64,000 bases of DNA from an uncultured virus (IMG/VR IMGVR_UViG_3300005405_000008) (IMGVR_UViG_3300005405_000008:1-64000); one strand, 5' to 3'. Positions 20,494 through 31,518 are shown, counted from the stretch's first letter. Notes: a model not told the origin generated them from the letters alone. Numbers and translations are program-made.

Positions 20494-20778
20494 TTATACA
20501 AAATCAATATCTATAATTTCCCCTTCACTATCCAAAAAAAATAAGTCACCAATTTTTGATTGAAAAACATAGCACAGCCCGATAGCATATATTAATTTCC
20601 ATTCACTACGATTATTAAGTAATTGAACAAGAGCTTTGTATTCTATAATTATTCCATAATTTTTTAACTTTTCAACTAACCATTGAATTCTTCTTCCGTC
20701 CATTTTTTTATTGATTTGCCCTCTATTACAATAAACTTTTAAATCTTTATGATTTAAATTGTCTACACTTTTATCCAT
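20494..20778 (-). CDS. Putative XRE-like HTH regulator
   Basis: WLVEKL...YKALVQLLNNRSEWKLIYAIGLCYVFQSKIGDLFFL resembles a Cro/C1 HTH C-terminus; divergent from the antirepressor gene. Confidence 0.55.
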   Translation of the reverse strand: MDKSVDNLNHKDLKVYCNRGQINKKMDGRRIQWLVEKLKNYGIIIEYKALVQLLNNRSEWKLIYAIGLCYVFQSKIGDLFFLDSEGEIIDIDFV

Positions 20779-20918
20779 ATCCCAACCACTCCTTATCCTA
20801 CTACCATTATACCACAACCCTCATATGCTCATCAAAACTTCAAACATATGTATCTACAACAGAATCAAATCAGGAGAAGGAATAATAATAAACAAATAAT
20901 CCTACCACCAACAATATT

Positions 20919-20996
20919 ATATTACACTTTAGTGCCACATATGTCAAATATTTTATTTTTGCTCTTATTGACATATGGAAAATTTTATTATATACT
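20919..20996. promoter_or_regulatory. Divergent sigma-A promoter pair with CATATG-containing operators
   Basis: Plus strand: TTGACA(20968)-N17-TATACT. Minus strand: TTGACA(20947)-N17-TAATAT. Both -35 boxes read TTGACATATG. Confidence 0.7.
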
Positions 20997-21192
20997 TACT
21001 TAGGGAAGGAGGAGTGGGATTATAATGGATATGATTATAGATAAAAATAAAAACTTTAGATGTTCTAACAAAATCAGAGATGATACTTGAATGTGGATTT
21101 TACATATGTGATAAAACATGATCATAAAATTATCATAATCATAATCAATAAATACAAAAATAATTAATTAAAAGAAAGAGGTAATAAATAAT

Positions 21193-22005
21193 ATGTTAAC
21201 AATGACAAATGAATTACAAGTATTTATGAGCGAACAATTTGGACAATTAAGAGTAACCGAAATAGATGGTAAACCATACACAGTAGCCAATGATGTCTTA
21301 AAAGCTTTAGGGTATTCTGAAGGTGGATGGAGAACTACATTATCAAGAAAATGCAAAGGCGTTACAAAATGTAACGGGTTAAAAGTTAATGGAATTGAAA
21401 TAAATCTTATACCAGAAGGAGATATTTATAGACTTATAGCAGGAAGTATTTTGCCAGAAGCAGAAAAATTTGAATCATGGGTATTTGATATTGTATTACC
21501 TACAATTCGTAAACATGGTACTTATATGTCAGAGGAAGTAATTGAAAAAACATTAAATGATCCCGACTTTATAATCCAGTTAGCCACACAGCTCAAAGAT
21601 GAGAGGCAAAAACGGTTAATCGTAGAACAACAATTGCAAGAAGCACAACCAAAATTAGACAAATATGGAGTGTTTCTTGACGCTGAAGGTACCTATACAT
21701 TTGAACAAGTTTCTAAAATGATAAGTACTAGAAGCGAAGAGAAGGGAAGTAGAATCAAAGTTAATAAGAAATCATTAACAAGTATTCTTAGAGATTGTGG
21801 AATTCTTAGTAAAAATAAAACCAATGGCAGATATAGGAATTTGCCAAATGTAGGATTTGAAAATTATTTTAATATTAATCATGAAAGTGTTGACAATAGA
21901 GATGATATTGATAATGAGCAAACAAGAGTCAAGACTATTGGGATTGATTATATTTATGATTTGTTGTTGGATAGGAGGGAGAATGGTTTGGTTGTGTTTG
22001 GGTGA
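21193..22005 (+). CDS. Bro-N domain antirepressor with a KilAC/ANT-like C-terminus
   Basis: FGQLRV...IPEGDIYRLI...AEKFESWVFDIVLPTIRKHGTY...DPDFIIQLATQLKDER. Confidence 0.9.
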   Translation: MLTMTNELQVFMSEQFGQLRVTEIDGKPYTVANDVLKALGYSEGGWRTTLSRKCKGVTKCNGLKVNGIEINLIPEGDIYRLIAGSILPEAEKFESWVFDIVLPTIRKHGTYMSEEVIEKTLNDPDFIIQLATQLKDERQKRLIVEQQLQEAQPKLDKYGVFLDAEGTYTFEQVSKMISTRSEEKGSRIKVNKKSLTSILRDCGILSKNKTNGRYRNLPNVGFENYFNINHESVDNRDDIDNEQTRVKTIGIDYIYDLLLDRRENGLVVFG

Positions 22006-22061
22006 TATAAGGTGAAGATAAAGTGGGATATAATAAATAGATAAATAAAATATTAGTTTTT

Positions 22062-22093
22062 AGAGACTCTAGTGGGATAGAGTCTCTTTTTTT
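22062..22093 (+). terminator. Intrinsic terminator
   Basis: AGAGACTCTA-GTGGGA-TAGAGTCTCT followed by a T-run. Confidence 0.8.
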
Positions 22094-22105
22094 ATTATAA
22101 AAATC

Positions 22106-22324
22106 CTAATTATCCATATCTACCAAAGGTGTCCAAATTGACTTAAAAACAAAGCGACAAAAATCTGGAATAGCTTCTTTATCTGGATTGTAATTACATG
22201 AATCATCAATTAGTTTTTGAATTGGAGTTCTTGACATTCCTAATTTATGTCCTGTTAGTCTATTAAATTCTTGTATTAATTCTTCATTATCAATAGATAT
22301 TGTACAACATTCTTCAAATGTCAT
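22106..22324 (-). CDS. Small hypothetical protein
   Basis: AAAGGAG SD before ATG 22324 (MTFEECC...). Confidence 0.6.
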   Translation of the reverse strand: MTFEECCTISIDNEELIQEFNRLTGHKLGMSRTPIQKLIDDSCNYNPDKEAIPDFCRFVFKSIWTPLVDMDN

Positions 22325-22666
22325 ATTTTTAGCTCCTTTTCTATTAGTCTTTTGAATAGGCGATAAATGGAGAGAGGTGAAGGAGGAAATATCAAGATAG
22401 AATAAATAAATCAAATAATATACCCCAAATTGAGCGATAGCGAAAATTTGGGAGGGAATGAGCTTGCGAATGACCATTCGTTCCCCTTTGACGAATGTCT
22501 GGAAATTATTTTAATTATATTTATGTTAAGATTTTTGTTAATTTATTTTGCTTAGTATCCTGCGGAGCTTTTCATTACGCAATTTTGGTTGTCACCAAAA
22601 TTACTTCATGGATATGTTATTTTAATTTATTTATATTGTTATTGGTTATTTTTACTAAATCATATA

Positions 22667-22719
22667 ACTGAAAAGTGTGGTTCACTGTATATATAAATAG
22701 AATAACCACACTTTTCAGT
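22667..22719. repeat. Perfect 16-bp inverted repeat with an AT-rich spacer
   Basis: ACTGAAAAGTGTGGTT-N21-AACCACACTTTTCAGT. Confidence 0.8.
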
Positions 22720-22723
22720 CTGA

Positions 22724-24697
22724 TTAAAATTTTACATATCTATTATTAGAGATTAAATCAATATTATAATCTTTTACATATTGCAACATCAAAGGTTTAC
22801 TCATAGAAATATTAAAAGTATTTGTCTTAATATCTAATAATTCTTTTATTTTTGCTTTACTTAATCCTTTTTCAGTAAAAATTTCATCGACAAATAATTT
22901 ATTTCTATAATTTTCGTCAAGTCTAAATTTCTCATAGAATTCAATTAATGTCTCAACAACATCCTTCTTGTTCTCTACTGTTTTTCCACTTTTTCTTGAC
23001 TTATATTCAATTCCCCAATTATACGTAATTTGAATATCTGGCATCGCTTGGGCAATGAGAGCATCTATCTCTTTATCACGATTTATGAAATAGGCGTGGG
23101 TCTCAGGAATTTCTCCATCTGCATAACCTCTACATTTGATTCTGTTTAAAGTTTGCACAACCATTGCAGAAATAGTAGACACTTTAACTTTCTCAAATTC
23201 TTTTTGTTTGTATTTTCTATTGCCTTTTATTGGAACAAGAGTAGTATCTAATGAATTAAATTTCTCTGCTGTTAATTCTTCTTCTTTTACAGAACTAGTG
23301 AAATACATTAAAGGATATATTGCATCTGGTAACAATTGAATCCCTAATACAAATATTTTGTCAAAATCACTCCATTTATTACTCCCTACTGTACGTCCAT
23401 AGTGGGTGACATCAATTTGGTCTAATTTTTCATATCCCTTTAATGCTTCAATAATCATTTTATCTCGTTCTTCACTATTAGTTACAATCAAAACTTTCTC
23501 TTCCCCAATAATCTTACTCTTAATATCTTCAATGATTGCATCTAACAATCCATCTTCTAATCCTTTTTTCATTGAAGCAGATGATCCGGTGACTCCATTA
23601 AATATATTTAGATGCATATTCTTATAAGATTTTATTTGCGGCAAATCTCTTACTTCTGAATTGCTATCAATTTCATATAGATAATTAATTCCTGATGTAG
23701 CATCTAATGTTACTTTATGGAAATATGGATTATTAATATCTATGTACTTGTAGGTGATGATTGATTTATACTTAATATCCTCATGAATATTTACATAACC
23801 ACCAGTTGCTAACATTGTTCTTATTGCCATATATGAGTCTTTGGCTTGTTTATCTTTACAAGAGAAAAATAACTCATCTAACCCATCTGGTACTTCGATA
23901 TTGTCGAACTCGCAAAAGAATACACTGTTCTTCTTCGTGTCATACGATTTCAAAAATTCTTTCTTGATTTTGGTCACGAATCCATTAAATCTATCATAAA
24001 TATCTTCGTTTCCCATATTCATGATTGCATTTTCCATATCAGAAATTGACTTCATTGTAACTGTCATAAATTGAACATTATTAATTGCTTCATCCACAAT
24101 TAATCTCTCCCTATAATATGTATTATATTTTCCACGCTTTGTATTAATTCTTTTATCAGACCATTCACATAGTTTATTTATATCATCTTTGTCAATAAGT
24201 TGTAAATATCCACTATGAGTTAATACAATTACTGGATATTCTTTTAGTTCATCATTAGAAATATCACTTCTTTTTCTATTGTTTAGTTTATCAAATCCAG
24301 AGTGATATGCATATGCTAAATCTAATTTTGCTTTCTTATTGATTTCTCTAACTGTTTCATTACAATCATCTTTTGTAAGTTTTAATATTATTGTTCCTGC
24401 GTATGGTTGTAATATTTTATTTCTTAACATATAGGAAATTCCTGCATTCATAGCAGTTGATTTACCACAACCCGTAGGAAAGTTAATAATTGCTTTCTTA
24501 TTAGGTAACGGGTAAAACATTATATAATAAAGTAATTGGCTTAATCCTTTGTAATATTCACTATCTTCTGGTACAATTACATTATATTCTGCCAAGTCCT
24601 TAATTGTCAAGTTTACTGCTTCTATTACATGATTTTTCTTTGTTTCAAGTTCCATTTGCTCTAGAAATTCTTTGTAATTAATCATTATTAATATCAT
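22724..24697 (-). CDS. SF2 helicase-like protein (possible origin-binding/replication protein)
   Basis: Walker A PTGCGKST, Walker B LIVDEA, motif III-like LDATS, and late QTLNRIKCR. Confidence 0.7.
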   Translation of the reverse strand: MILIMINYKEFLEQMELETKKNHVIEAVNLTIKDLAEYNVIVPEDSEYYKGLSQLLYYIMFYPLPNKKAIINFPTGCGKSTAMNAGISYMLRNKILQPYAGTIILKLTKDDCNETVREINKKAKLDLAYAYHSGFDKLNNRKRSDISNDELKEYPVIVLTHSGYLQLIDKDDINKLCEWSDKRINTKRGKYNTYYRERLIVDEAINNVQFMTVTMKSISDMENAIMNMGNEDIYDRFNGFVTKIKKEFLKSYDTKKNSVFFCEFDNIEVPDGLDELFFSCKDKQAKDSYMAIRTMLATGGYVNIHEDIKYKSIITYKYIDINNPYFHKVTLDATSGINYLYEIDSNSEVRDLPQIKSYKNMHLNIFNGVTGSSASMKKGLEDGLLDAIIEDIKSKIIGEEKVLIVTNSEERDKMIIEALKGYEKLDQIDVTHYGRTVGSNKWSDFDKIFVLGIQLLPDAIYPLMYFTSSVKEEELTAEKFNSLDTTLVPIKGNRKYKQKEFEKVKVSTISAMVVQTLNRIKCRGYADGEIPETHAYFINRDKEIDALIAQAMPDIQITYNWGIEYKSRKSGKTVENKKDVVETLIEFYEKFRLDENYRNKLFVDEIFTEKGLSKAKIKELLDIKTNTFNISMSKPLMLQYVKDYNIDLISNNRYVKF

Positions 24698-24795
24698 CTC
24701 TCTTTCTTATTTTACTCTCACTAAAAGATATTGACTAGCAGGATAGGGGAGAGTACCCTTTGATAATGGGTAATTAAGCCATTACTCCTGCTAGT
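24698..24795 (-). promoter_or_regulatory. Three-way-junction antisense leader
   Basis: P1 ACUAGCAGGA/UCCUGCUAGU; P2 UAAUGG-CUUAAUUAC-CCAUUA; P3 AGGG-UACUCUC-CCCU. The P3 loop is complementary to GAGAGUA (24713-24719) and to GAGAG just before the ATG. Confidence 0.7.
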
Positions 24796-24949
24796 GTTTA
24801 GTGCGATTTACAGCACATAAAAATCCTCTTCTAAAAATAGAGAGGATTTCAATCTGGTGTAAATATTTAAATCGCCAAGGTTGGCGATTCTCTGAAACCA
24901 TTGATATTAAAGGGTCTTAAAAATGGTGTATTGGAATGAAATGTGTTTT

Positions 24950-26011
24950 TTATGTTGTTGGTGTGATTTCTTCCGGTTTCTTAACTTTAACTTCACCATC
25001 AAAATTAAACATGGTATCAATCATTTCTTCACTATGATCTTTCGCGTAATCTTGGGTTGTTTTCGGATCTGAATGATGAAGAAATAGCTGGACTTCCTCT
25101 AAAGTAAACTTCTTAGGCAATCCCGTAGACGGATCAATGATACGTGGATCTTGCCCCTGTAAGAGACATTCTGCGCGACTGTGGCGATATGAATGCGGAA
25201 AAATATTTAATTCTTTTCCTTCTAATTCACTCAATATAGCAGAAATAGCAACAACTCTATCATATAAAGCTCCGTACGTTACTTCTCTTTTATTTTCACC
25301 CTTACCAGTTATCCATACAGCATCTAAATTGTCTTCGCCACGTTCTGATATAAACTGTCTTACTAATTCTCTAGTGTCATTTAAAAATACTAAAGGAAAT
25401 GATTTTCCTCTTTTACCAACAACTATATTTGTCTTATTTCCTTCTTGAGCATCTTGTTTTTTAATCTGATATACTTCATTCCTTCGTCCACCAGAATCGA
25501 ATAGAAGCATATGTAAAACTGCAAGCTGTAATTTACCACGTTTTAATAATTCTTCTCTAACTCTCCATACTTGATCAAATGTCATAAAGAAATCGTCTTC
25601 ATTTGTTTTAACTGGTTCTTTCGGTAAACCTTTCACCTTACGAGCAACATTATTGTCATATTCTGTTTCGTCATCATCTTCTGCATATGAAAGCATAGAC
25701 CTAACCGCACTCATTAATCTATTTGCTCTTGCATTAGATAGTTTTAAATCATCACTAAACCAAATGCTAATTCTCCTAAAATCCTTTTTACCTAAATCAA
25801 ATATACATTTATTATCACAAAATCTTTTAACATAAAGTAGAATAATTCTCAAATCCTGAAAGTAAGCATCAATAGTTGACTTCTTCTTTTTTCTTTGCTT
25901 ATATTCTTCAAGAAAGTCATTCATTGCTTCTTTGTTTTTGGGATTTACTAATTCCCATTCTTGCTTTGTATAGATTGGGTTATATACTCTTCCACGACCT
26001 TTGTTTGCCAT
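24950..26011 (-). CDS. Tyrosine recombinase/integrase
   Basis: Catalytic R (DSGGRRNE), K (GKRGK), HxxR (FPHSYRHS), H (LHHSD) and Y (TTQDY). Confidence 0.93.
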   Translation of the reverse strand: MANKGRGRVYNPIYTKQEWELVNPKNKEAMNDFLEEYKQRKKKKSTIDAYFQDLRIILLYVKRFCDNKCIFDLGKKDFRRISIWFSDDLKLSNARANRLMSAVRSMLSYAEDDDETEYDNNVARKVKGLPKEPVKTNEDDFFMTFDQVWRVREELLKRGKLQLAVLHMLLFDSGGRRNEVYQIKKQDAQEGNKTNIVVGKRGKSFPLVFLNDTRELVRQFISERGEDNLDAVWITGKGENKREVTYGALYDRVVAISAILSELEGKELNIFPHSYRHSRAECLLQGQDPRIIDPSTGLPKKFTLEEVQLFLHHSDPKTTQDYAKDHSEEMIDTMFNFDGEVKVKKPEEITPTT

Positions 26012-26015
26012 TAGT

Positions 26016-27583
26016 TTAATTCACTTCCTTTATTTTATTTAAATAATCTTCTTCATACATCCATTTGAATCCACCACTTTTATGTTGTAAACCATTTAAA
26101 CATGCACTTATATTACTTGCTTTTGTTGTATTTTTTGCCTCAGTTATTGTCCTAAATGTTTTTATATATTCATTACTTAAACTTAATTGAATAACCCTTC
26201 GTTTAGTTGTATCTCTATTTTCATAATCCATTTTGTCAAAAGTTAATTCATTATACTTATCTTTATATATCCATATGTAACCACAAGCTGAAGCACCTCG
26301 CCCATTTGCACAATCTCTTATATTATTAGCACTTGTATTTTTACCAGTTAATGTAATTGACGCATCATTGGAGTTTTTCCACTCTTTAATATAAATACCA
26401 TCTAAATTTAATTGAATAATAGATTTAGAATGTTTTTCTGATAAAATAGTTTTTGTTTCTTGTGTATGATTCCACCCGAATTTTAATTTAGAAGCATCAC
26501 TCATCTTTTTCCTTGTTTCTTCAGATATTTTAGCACCTCTATTACTTTCGGCAAATTCCAAAACATTATAACCAAATTTGTTGTTAAAACATTGAGTTTG
26601 ATCAATCCAAAATTGTTCTCTTTTCGTTAAAAATTCAACATCACAAACTTCAATAACTTCTATATAAAAACTTTCTCCTCCGTCTTTATCCCACGCTCTT
26701 TGAAGGTGAACATTGTGACATTTTCCTTTAGGCAATGTATAAATATATCCAGAACTAATTCTATGCCACAAATCTATTGCTTGCCCAATATACACTTTTG
26801 CATTTTTAATATTAGTTATCTTATAAATACCACTAACATTTTTATATTTTTCAAAATTCTCCATACTATTTTTTGTATCTAATAATTTACTACCAATGTC
26901 ATTATCATAATATCCCATACTATTCTTTATATAATAATAACCACCACATTTAGCTAAAATTGAATAAGAAATTTGTAAATTATTTGACATTTCTAATAGG
27001 GAAGGAAAGTATTTATGCCTTTCAATAAAAATATTTATAATATTTTGTATGTTATTTTCATTAATGTAGAAATATAACTTATGTAAATTATTGCATACTT
27101 CAAAAATATTTAATTTTAATTCAAATATCATATCAATTACATTATCTTTATTTTGATAAAAAGATTCTTTTAATTGTGAATAACCAATATTAAAGATATC
27201 TTCAAATTTATTATTTTTTAAAAATATATGTAATTCTTTTAATCTATTGGGATAAAACTTCCAATAACCAGAATCGTTTTATTTAATATTCCTAACTCTG
27301 CTTTCTTTTTCTTTATTTCAGCAACTTTAAAATGAGCACATTTACTGCAACAATCTCTATTTATAATATCTCTTTTTTGTTTGTTATAATCTCTAAAGTA
27401 TATTTTTTGGGGTGTTTTACAATAATCACATTCATATTCGATGGTTATATTTGAATTAGGATGCACATCTTCAATTTTAACTATAAATGCGTCGCCTATT
27501 CTAGTAAAACAATAACCTTTTAGAATATAATATTCTTTTCCCCAATTAGACCAAACTACTTCTACTTCTTTTGTTTCTAACAT
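26016..27583 (-). pseudogene. GIY-YIG homing endonuclease (N-terminal Zn finger, NUMOD3/NUMOD1 domains) split by a -1 frameshift
   Basis: SGIYKITNIKNAKVYIGQA. ORFs 27239-27592 and 26016-27131 join (LNK-NDSGYWKF...DMIFEL) if one A is added at AAATAAAAC (~27277-27284). Confidence 0.8.
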
Positions 27584-27700
27584 CTCCAACAACCGCCTTT
27601 CATATTGTTTTATTAACCTTAAAATTTCTTCTCAAAAAGATAATAAACAGACAAACACTAAGGCGTTGTGTCTTTCGGGTAGCTCTCCCTAGTCTGTTTA
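27584..27700 (-). promoter_or_regulatory. Three-way-junction antisense leader
   Basis: P1 UAAACAGAC/GUCUGUUUA; P2 GGG-AGAGCUA-CCC; P3 GACAC-AACGCCUUA-GUGUU. The P3 loop is complementary to the SD-position AAGGCG (27594-27599). Confidence 0.7.
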
Positions 27701-27769
27701 CGTACAACTAATTTGTCGCACAATAAAAGACACTTATCTAAAGTGTCTAAAGTTCTACAACAAATTAAA

Positions 27770-28306
27770 TTATCTATCCTCAACAACCTTTTTCTTTCTA
27801 ATTTTCTTTTCTTTCAAAATAATATCTTTTTCCCATTCCAATTTACCTGTTTTAATAAAATATGTTAAACTTACAGCGTAAGCATCTGATTCATCCTCAT
27901 TCTTAAAAACTAAATCAGGATATCTTTTCTTAATTTCCTCTTGCACTTGTTTCTTTGTTGCATTACCACTTAAAATTGCTTCTTTAACGGTTTTGGGAGG
28001 GTAGTAGACGGTCTCTATATCATGATAAGCCAATTGACAAATTCCATGAACCCTGTATATCACCTGAGTTGCCATATTAAACCTACTAAATCCTCTTTCG
28101 ATCACGACGACTTCAGGTGGATATTTATCTCTTAATTCCATTAACTTATCATAAATTACTTTTAATCTTTTCCCATGAGATTGGTTTTTTTTAGTAGGGA
28201 TAGAATCGATTAATACAGGAATCATATCTTTATCAAATATACAAAATCCTGTTGATTCCATAGATAAATCGTATGCGTGTATGTACTTTTGTTGATTCTT
28301 TATCAC
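27770..28306 (-). CDS. ruvC: RuvC-like Holliday junction resolvase
   Basis: AYDLSMESTG, VVIERGF, YPPKTVKEAILSGNATKKQV, DESDAYAV. Confidence 0.88.
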   Translation of the reverse strand: MIKNQQKYIHAYDLSMESTGFCIFDKDMIPVLIDSIPTKKNQSHGKRLKVIYDKLMELRDKYPPEVVVIERGFSRFNMATQVIYRVHGICQLAYHDIETVYYPPKTVKEAILSGNATKKQVQEEIKKRYPDLVFKNEDESDAYAVSLTYFIKTGKLEWEKDIILKEKKIRKKKVVEDR

Positions 28307-28389
28307 ATTTCACTCCATATCATCAAATATCAAACAAAGGCACAACCAAATAAGTCATGCCTTTGTAATAAAATCAATTAATTTGTTTA

Positions 28390-30072
28390 TTAACTATATA
28401 TCCAATTTTGCTTAGTAATTTTTGCTATTTTTGCCCCGTTGTCATTATAATACATATAAAGAAACCCATTTTTATCAGGTCCCACTATCCCTTCATTAGC
28501 ATTACCACTTGCATATCTAGATAAATTCAATACTAATACGGTGTGCCAAGTTTGCCCACCGTCTGCTGTCCCAACAACAAATATTTGTTGATGTCCCGTT
28601 ACAGTAGGTACTTGAAAATACGCTTCGATGCCATCTTGAGCAATTGGCCTACCAGTATATTTTCCAGCACCAGTTCCAAATGCTGGATATATAGAATAAT
28701 CCAATGAAAATAAGAACTTTTCTCCATTTATATCTTTATAATTTGTATCTTTTTTAATTGATAAAACACAAGGAGGATATCCTCTATCTGGAAGCGCGGT
28801 GATAATATCAGGAAAAGATATTAATGTAGTTGGTTGGGGGAGAACTCCGTTTTCATCTGTTGCTCTTATCTCATTCCAATTTTGTCCTAAATCTTCAGAA
28901 TAATAAAGCATTGCATTAGTAGCATCACCAGTTTGTGCATAAATCCTGCCAGCATAAGGATCATAAGTTGATGCGTGCCAATGGCTATTATATACACTAT
29001 CTACCAATACTGTTTCTTTAAGTGAAACCCATGTTGCACCACCATCAAAACTACCAAATAGTCTCAATCCACCTGATGCTGGATTTGGAGACGTTATTAC
29101 ATATTCTCCACATAAAATTACCGTTTGATTTACACCAGCATTGTATATACTTGTGTTTAATTTAATAGGATATCCTCTATCCATTTCAACTATTTTTGTA
29201 AAACCACTTGTAAAAGTTGTTGAAAACCATATACCACCACGTTTTGTTGTAGAGTCGGTTTCTATAACAACATATCCTGCATGAGTTTGAAACACATGTA
29301 ACAAACTAGATGTAGATGGTATTAATCCGGAAAAATCTTGTCCATAATCCAATGCCGTAGCAAAAGCATCTGCTGTTCTAAATATTTTTTTTAAAGATGA
29401 ATAGCCATATAAAGAACCATCAAATCCAATACTAGACACATGTATTACGGTTCCATATGTGGAGGAATTAATAACGGAGTAATCTAGAGGTTTTTTAGGG
29501 TATGCTGATAAAGTTTTACGGGTTATCGCAGGAACAGAAGATGTATTAACAATCCTTGCAGTTTGAGTTTTTGGTGCGTTAACTGACGCAATTCCAGTTA
29601 CTGTTACTGTGCCTGAATAATATACATCTACCCTTACTCGTATTTTTTTAATTCCGACACAATTAATGTAGTAAATTCCACTTACTTGTGCTTTAGTAGA
29701 GGGTAATTCGGTAACCGAGTTATATGCCATTACTGGATTATAATATATATTATCACTTGTTCCCAAAAAATTAATTGTAGCCTTAAATGTACCAGAAACA
29801 CGAATGATAGCTGTTGTATAACCATCTACATTTAGATCAATACCATCACTGATAGCCGTTGTACCAGTATGCATTGTAAAATTTGCAGATGGTAAACTCG
29901 GTTTTAACCCTACATCACCAATAGACAGCGAATCTACTGTTATTCCTGAAACAGCTATGGCTCCATTTTCATCTACTGCAACATCCGCTAAATTTCCAAC
30001 AATCGCAACTGGTTGAGCACTTGGAAAAGTAGTTTGTATTATTCCTGAATTTTGAAAAAGCCCATTACTCAT
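28390..30072 (-). CDS. Virion protein with Asp-box (BNR/sialidase-like) beta-propeller
   Basis: Asp-box motifs SFDGGATW, SEDLGQNW and TADGGQTW; N-terminal beta-sandwich-like module. Confidence 0.65.
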   Translation of the reverse strand: MSNGLFQNSGIIQTTFPSAQPVAIVGNLADVAVDENGAIAVSGITVDSLSIGDVGLKPSLPSANFTMHTGTTAISDGIDLNVDGYTTAIIRVSGTFKATINFLGTSDNIYYNPVMAYNSVTELPSTKAQVSGIYYINCVGIKKIRVRVDVYYSGTVTVTGIASVNAPKTQTARIVNTSSVPAITRKTLSAYPKKPLDYSVINSSTYGTVIHVSSIGFDGSLYGYSSLKKIFRTADAFATALDYGQDFSGLIPSTSSLLHVFQTHAGYVVIETDSTTKRGGIWFSTTFTSGFTKIVEMDRGYPIKLNTSIYNAGVNQTVILCGEYVITSPNPASGGLRLFGSFDGGATWVSLKETVLVDSVYNSHWHASTYDPYAGRIYAQTGDATNAMLYYSEDLGQNWNEIRATDENGVLPQPTTLISFPDIITALPDRGYPPCVLSIKKDTNYKDINGEKFLFSLDYSIYPAFGTGAGKYTGRPIAQDGIEAYFQVPTVTGHQQIFVVGTADGGQTWHTVLVLNLSRYASGNANEGIVGPDKNGFLYMYYNDNGAKIAKITKQNWIYS

Positions 30073-30132
30073 TATTTATCACTCCTTTACTCTTTATTTT
30101 TATAATTTTGTTATAATTAATTACTCACTAAA

Positions 30133-30441
30133 CTAATCTTTTAATATTCCCATATACCAATAATCAATTCCAGCTTCGACAATTTGAAATTGCCAAATCG
30201 GTTTATGTGTAGGATTTGCACCTGATGTATCAATGACAAATGGTTGGTTTGCTAAAAATGGTATAGGATGTGAACCATTGATTATGATTGTACAATCTTG
30301 TGATGGTATAAAATTAAAAGATACAGCAGAAATATTATTGTTGGTTTGCACTTCTTTCCACTTTTGGATTACTTCGAGGTTAGAGCTTGATGTACCTTTG
30401 TCGCCGAAGAAGTTACTTTTATAGTTACGCATTTTTATCAT
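30133..30441 (-). CDS. Small beta-rich hypothetical (probably structural) protein
   Basis: GAAAGGA SD; lies in the fibre cluster. Confidence 0.55.
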   Translation of the reverse strand: MIKMRNYKSNFFGDKGTSSSNLEVIQKWKEVQTNNNISAVSFNFIPSQDCTIIINGSHPIPFLANQPFVIDTSGANPTHKPIWQFQIVEAGIDYWYMGILKD

Positions 30442-30464
30442 TCCTTTCTTATAATTAATGTTGA

Positions 30465-31385
30465 TTATATAAACAATTCTTTTTCAAGAATTTTTTCAAT
30501 CTTATCTATATCCCAGTACCATATTTCTAGAAGTTTAATATTATTGTCTTTTGCATATTCTCTTTTTCTTCTGTCGTGTTCTTGTTGAGTTTTAAATTTA
30601 TTTTCACTTACATGGCTTTGTTGAAATTCATGATATTCTCCTTGATACTCAATCAATAAATTGTATTTAGGTAAATAAAAATCATAAGATAATAAACCAC
30701 CTCTTAATCCAATTAAACCATCAAACTCTTTTTGAGGTATATAATAAACATTTTTTAAGTCAAAAACTCGTTTACATTCTTTTTCACCTTTTGGTTCTTT
30801 ACACTCTGGGCAACCTGTTTTATTAGTGCTAGTTCTATTACTTATTCTCGCTTTCCACTCATGATTACATTTCTTACATTTCCACCAAACTTCTTTTCCG
30901 CTACACCAAGTTACGTCAAAAGGAGTTAAACTACCATTTCTAATTAAATTCCATTCTTTTATAAGTTCTGGATTTTTAGTTGCTAGACAGTTAGATAATC
31001 CTACTTTATGCCCAGAACAGTAGGGGCAACCTTTATTATTAATAATATTATTCCAAGTTGCATCAAATTCTTCTCTGCAATCTTCCTTTAAACATTTCCA
31101 TCGAAGATATTTGTCACTTCCTTCATATGTATCACTCAATAATTCAAAAGGTTTATTATTTAATTTTGCCCATAATTTTATATTTTGTATTGTGTAAGGA
31201 TTGAATAAATGAAATTTATCTGGAATATGATTTTTTAATAATGATTTTGCTCCAACAACATAATAATATCCTAATTCATCATATATGGTTATTTTTGTTA
31301 ATTGACCAACATATGTACTTGCTAATTTATAACCTAATTTTTCGACACCTATTTTAATAAACTCATTAGTTAGTTTTCTCCCCAT
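30465..31385 (-). CDS. Zn-ribbon + PD-(D/E)xK homing-endonuclease-like protein
   Basis: GCPYC...VWWKCKKCNHEW...GCPEC; SYDFYL...LIEYQGEYH. Confidence 0.8.
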   Translation of the reverse strand: MGRKLTNEFIKIGVEKLGYKLASTYVGQLTKITIYDELGYYYVVGAKSLLKNHIPDKFHLFNPYTIQNIKLWAKLNNKPFELLSDTYEGSDKYLRWKCLKEDCREEFDATWNNIINNKGCPYCSGHKVGLSNCLATKNPELIKEWNLIRNGSLTPFDVTWCSGKEVWWKCKKCNHEWKARISNRTSTNKTGCPECKEPKGEKECKRVFDLKNVYYIPQKEFDGLIGLRGGLLSYDFYLPKYNLLIEYQGEYHEFQQSHVSENKFKTQQEHDRRKREYAKDNNIKLLEIWYWDIDKIEKILEKELFI

Positions 31386-31493
31386 TTTATTCTCCTTCCG
31401 TCATTGAGATTAAATATAATGGAAAAGAGACTATGTAACGGCATAGTCTCTCGTTTTACACTTAATAAGCGTCGACTCTTATTAAGTAACCAT
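31386..31493 (-). promoter_or_regulatory. Three-way-junction antisense leader
   Basis: AUGG/CCAU closing stem; P2 ACUUAAUAAG-AGUCGACG-CUUAUUAAGU; P3 GAGACUAUG-CCGUUA-CAUAGUCUC. The loop pairs with UGACGG, which abuts the SD AAGGAG. Confidence 0.75.
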
Positions 31494-31518
31494 ATTTAAT
31501 TTATTATTTTGTTAATTA

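Noticed and set aside
21026..21113. Short ORF MDMIIDKNKNFRCSNKIRDDT with a strong SD upstream of the antirepressor
   Set aside because: Only 21 codons. It may be a decayed small DNA-binding gene, but the evidence is insufficient to call it.
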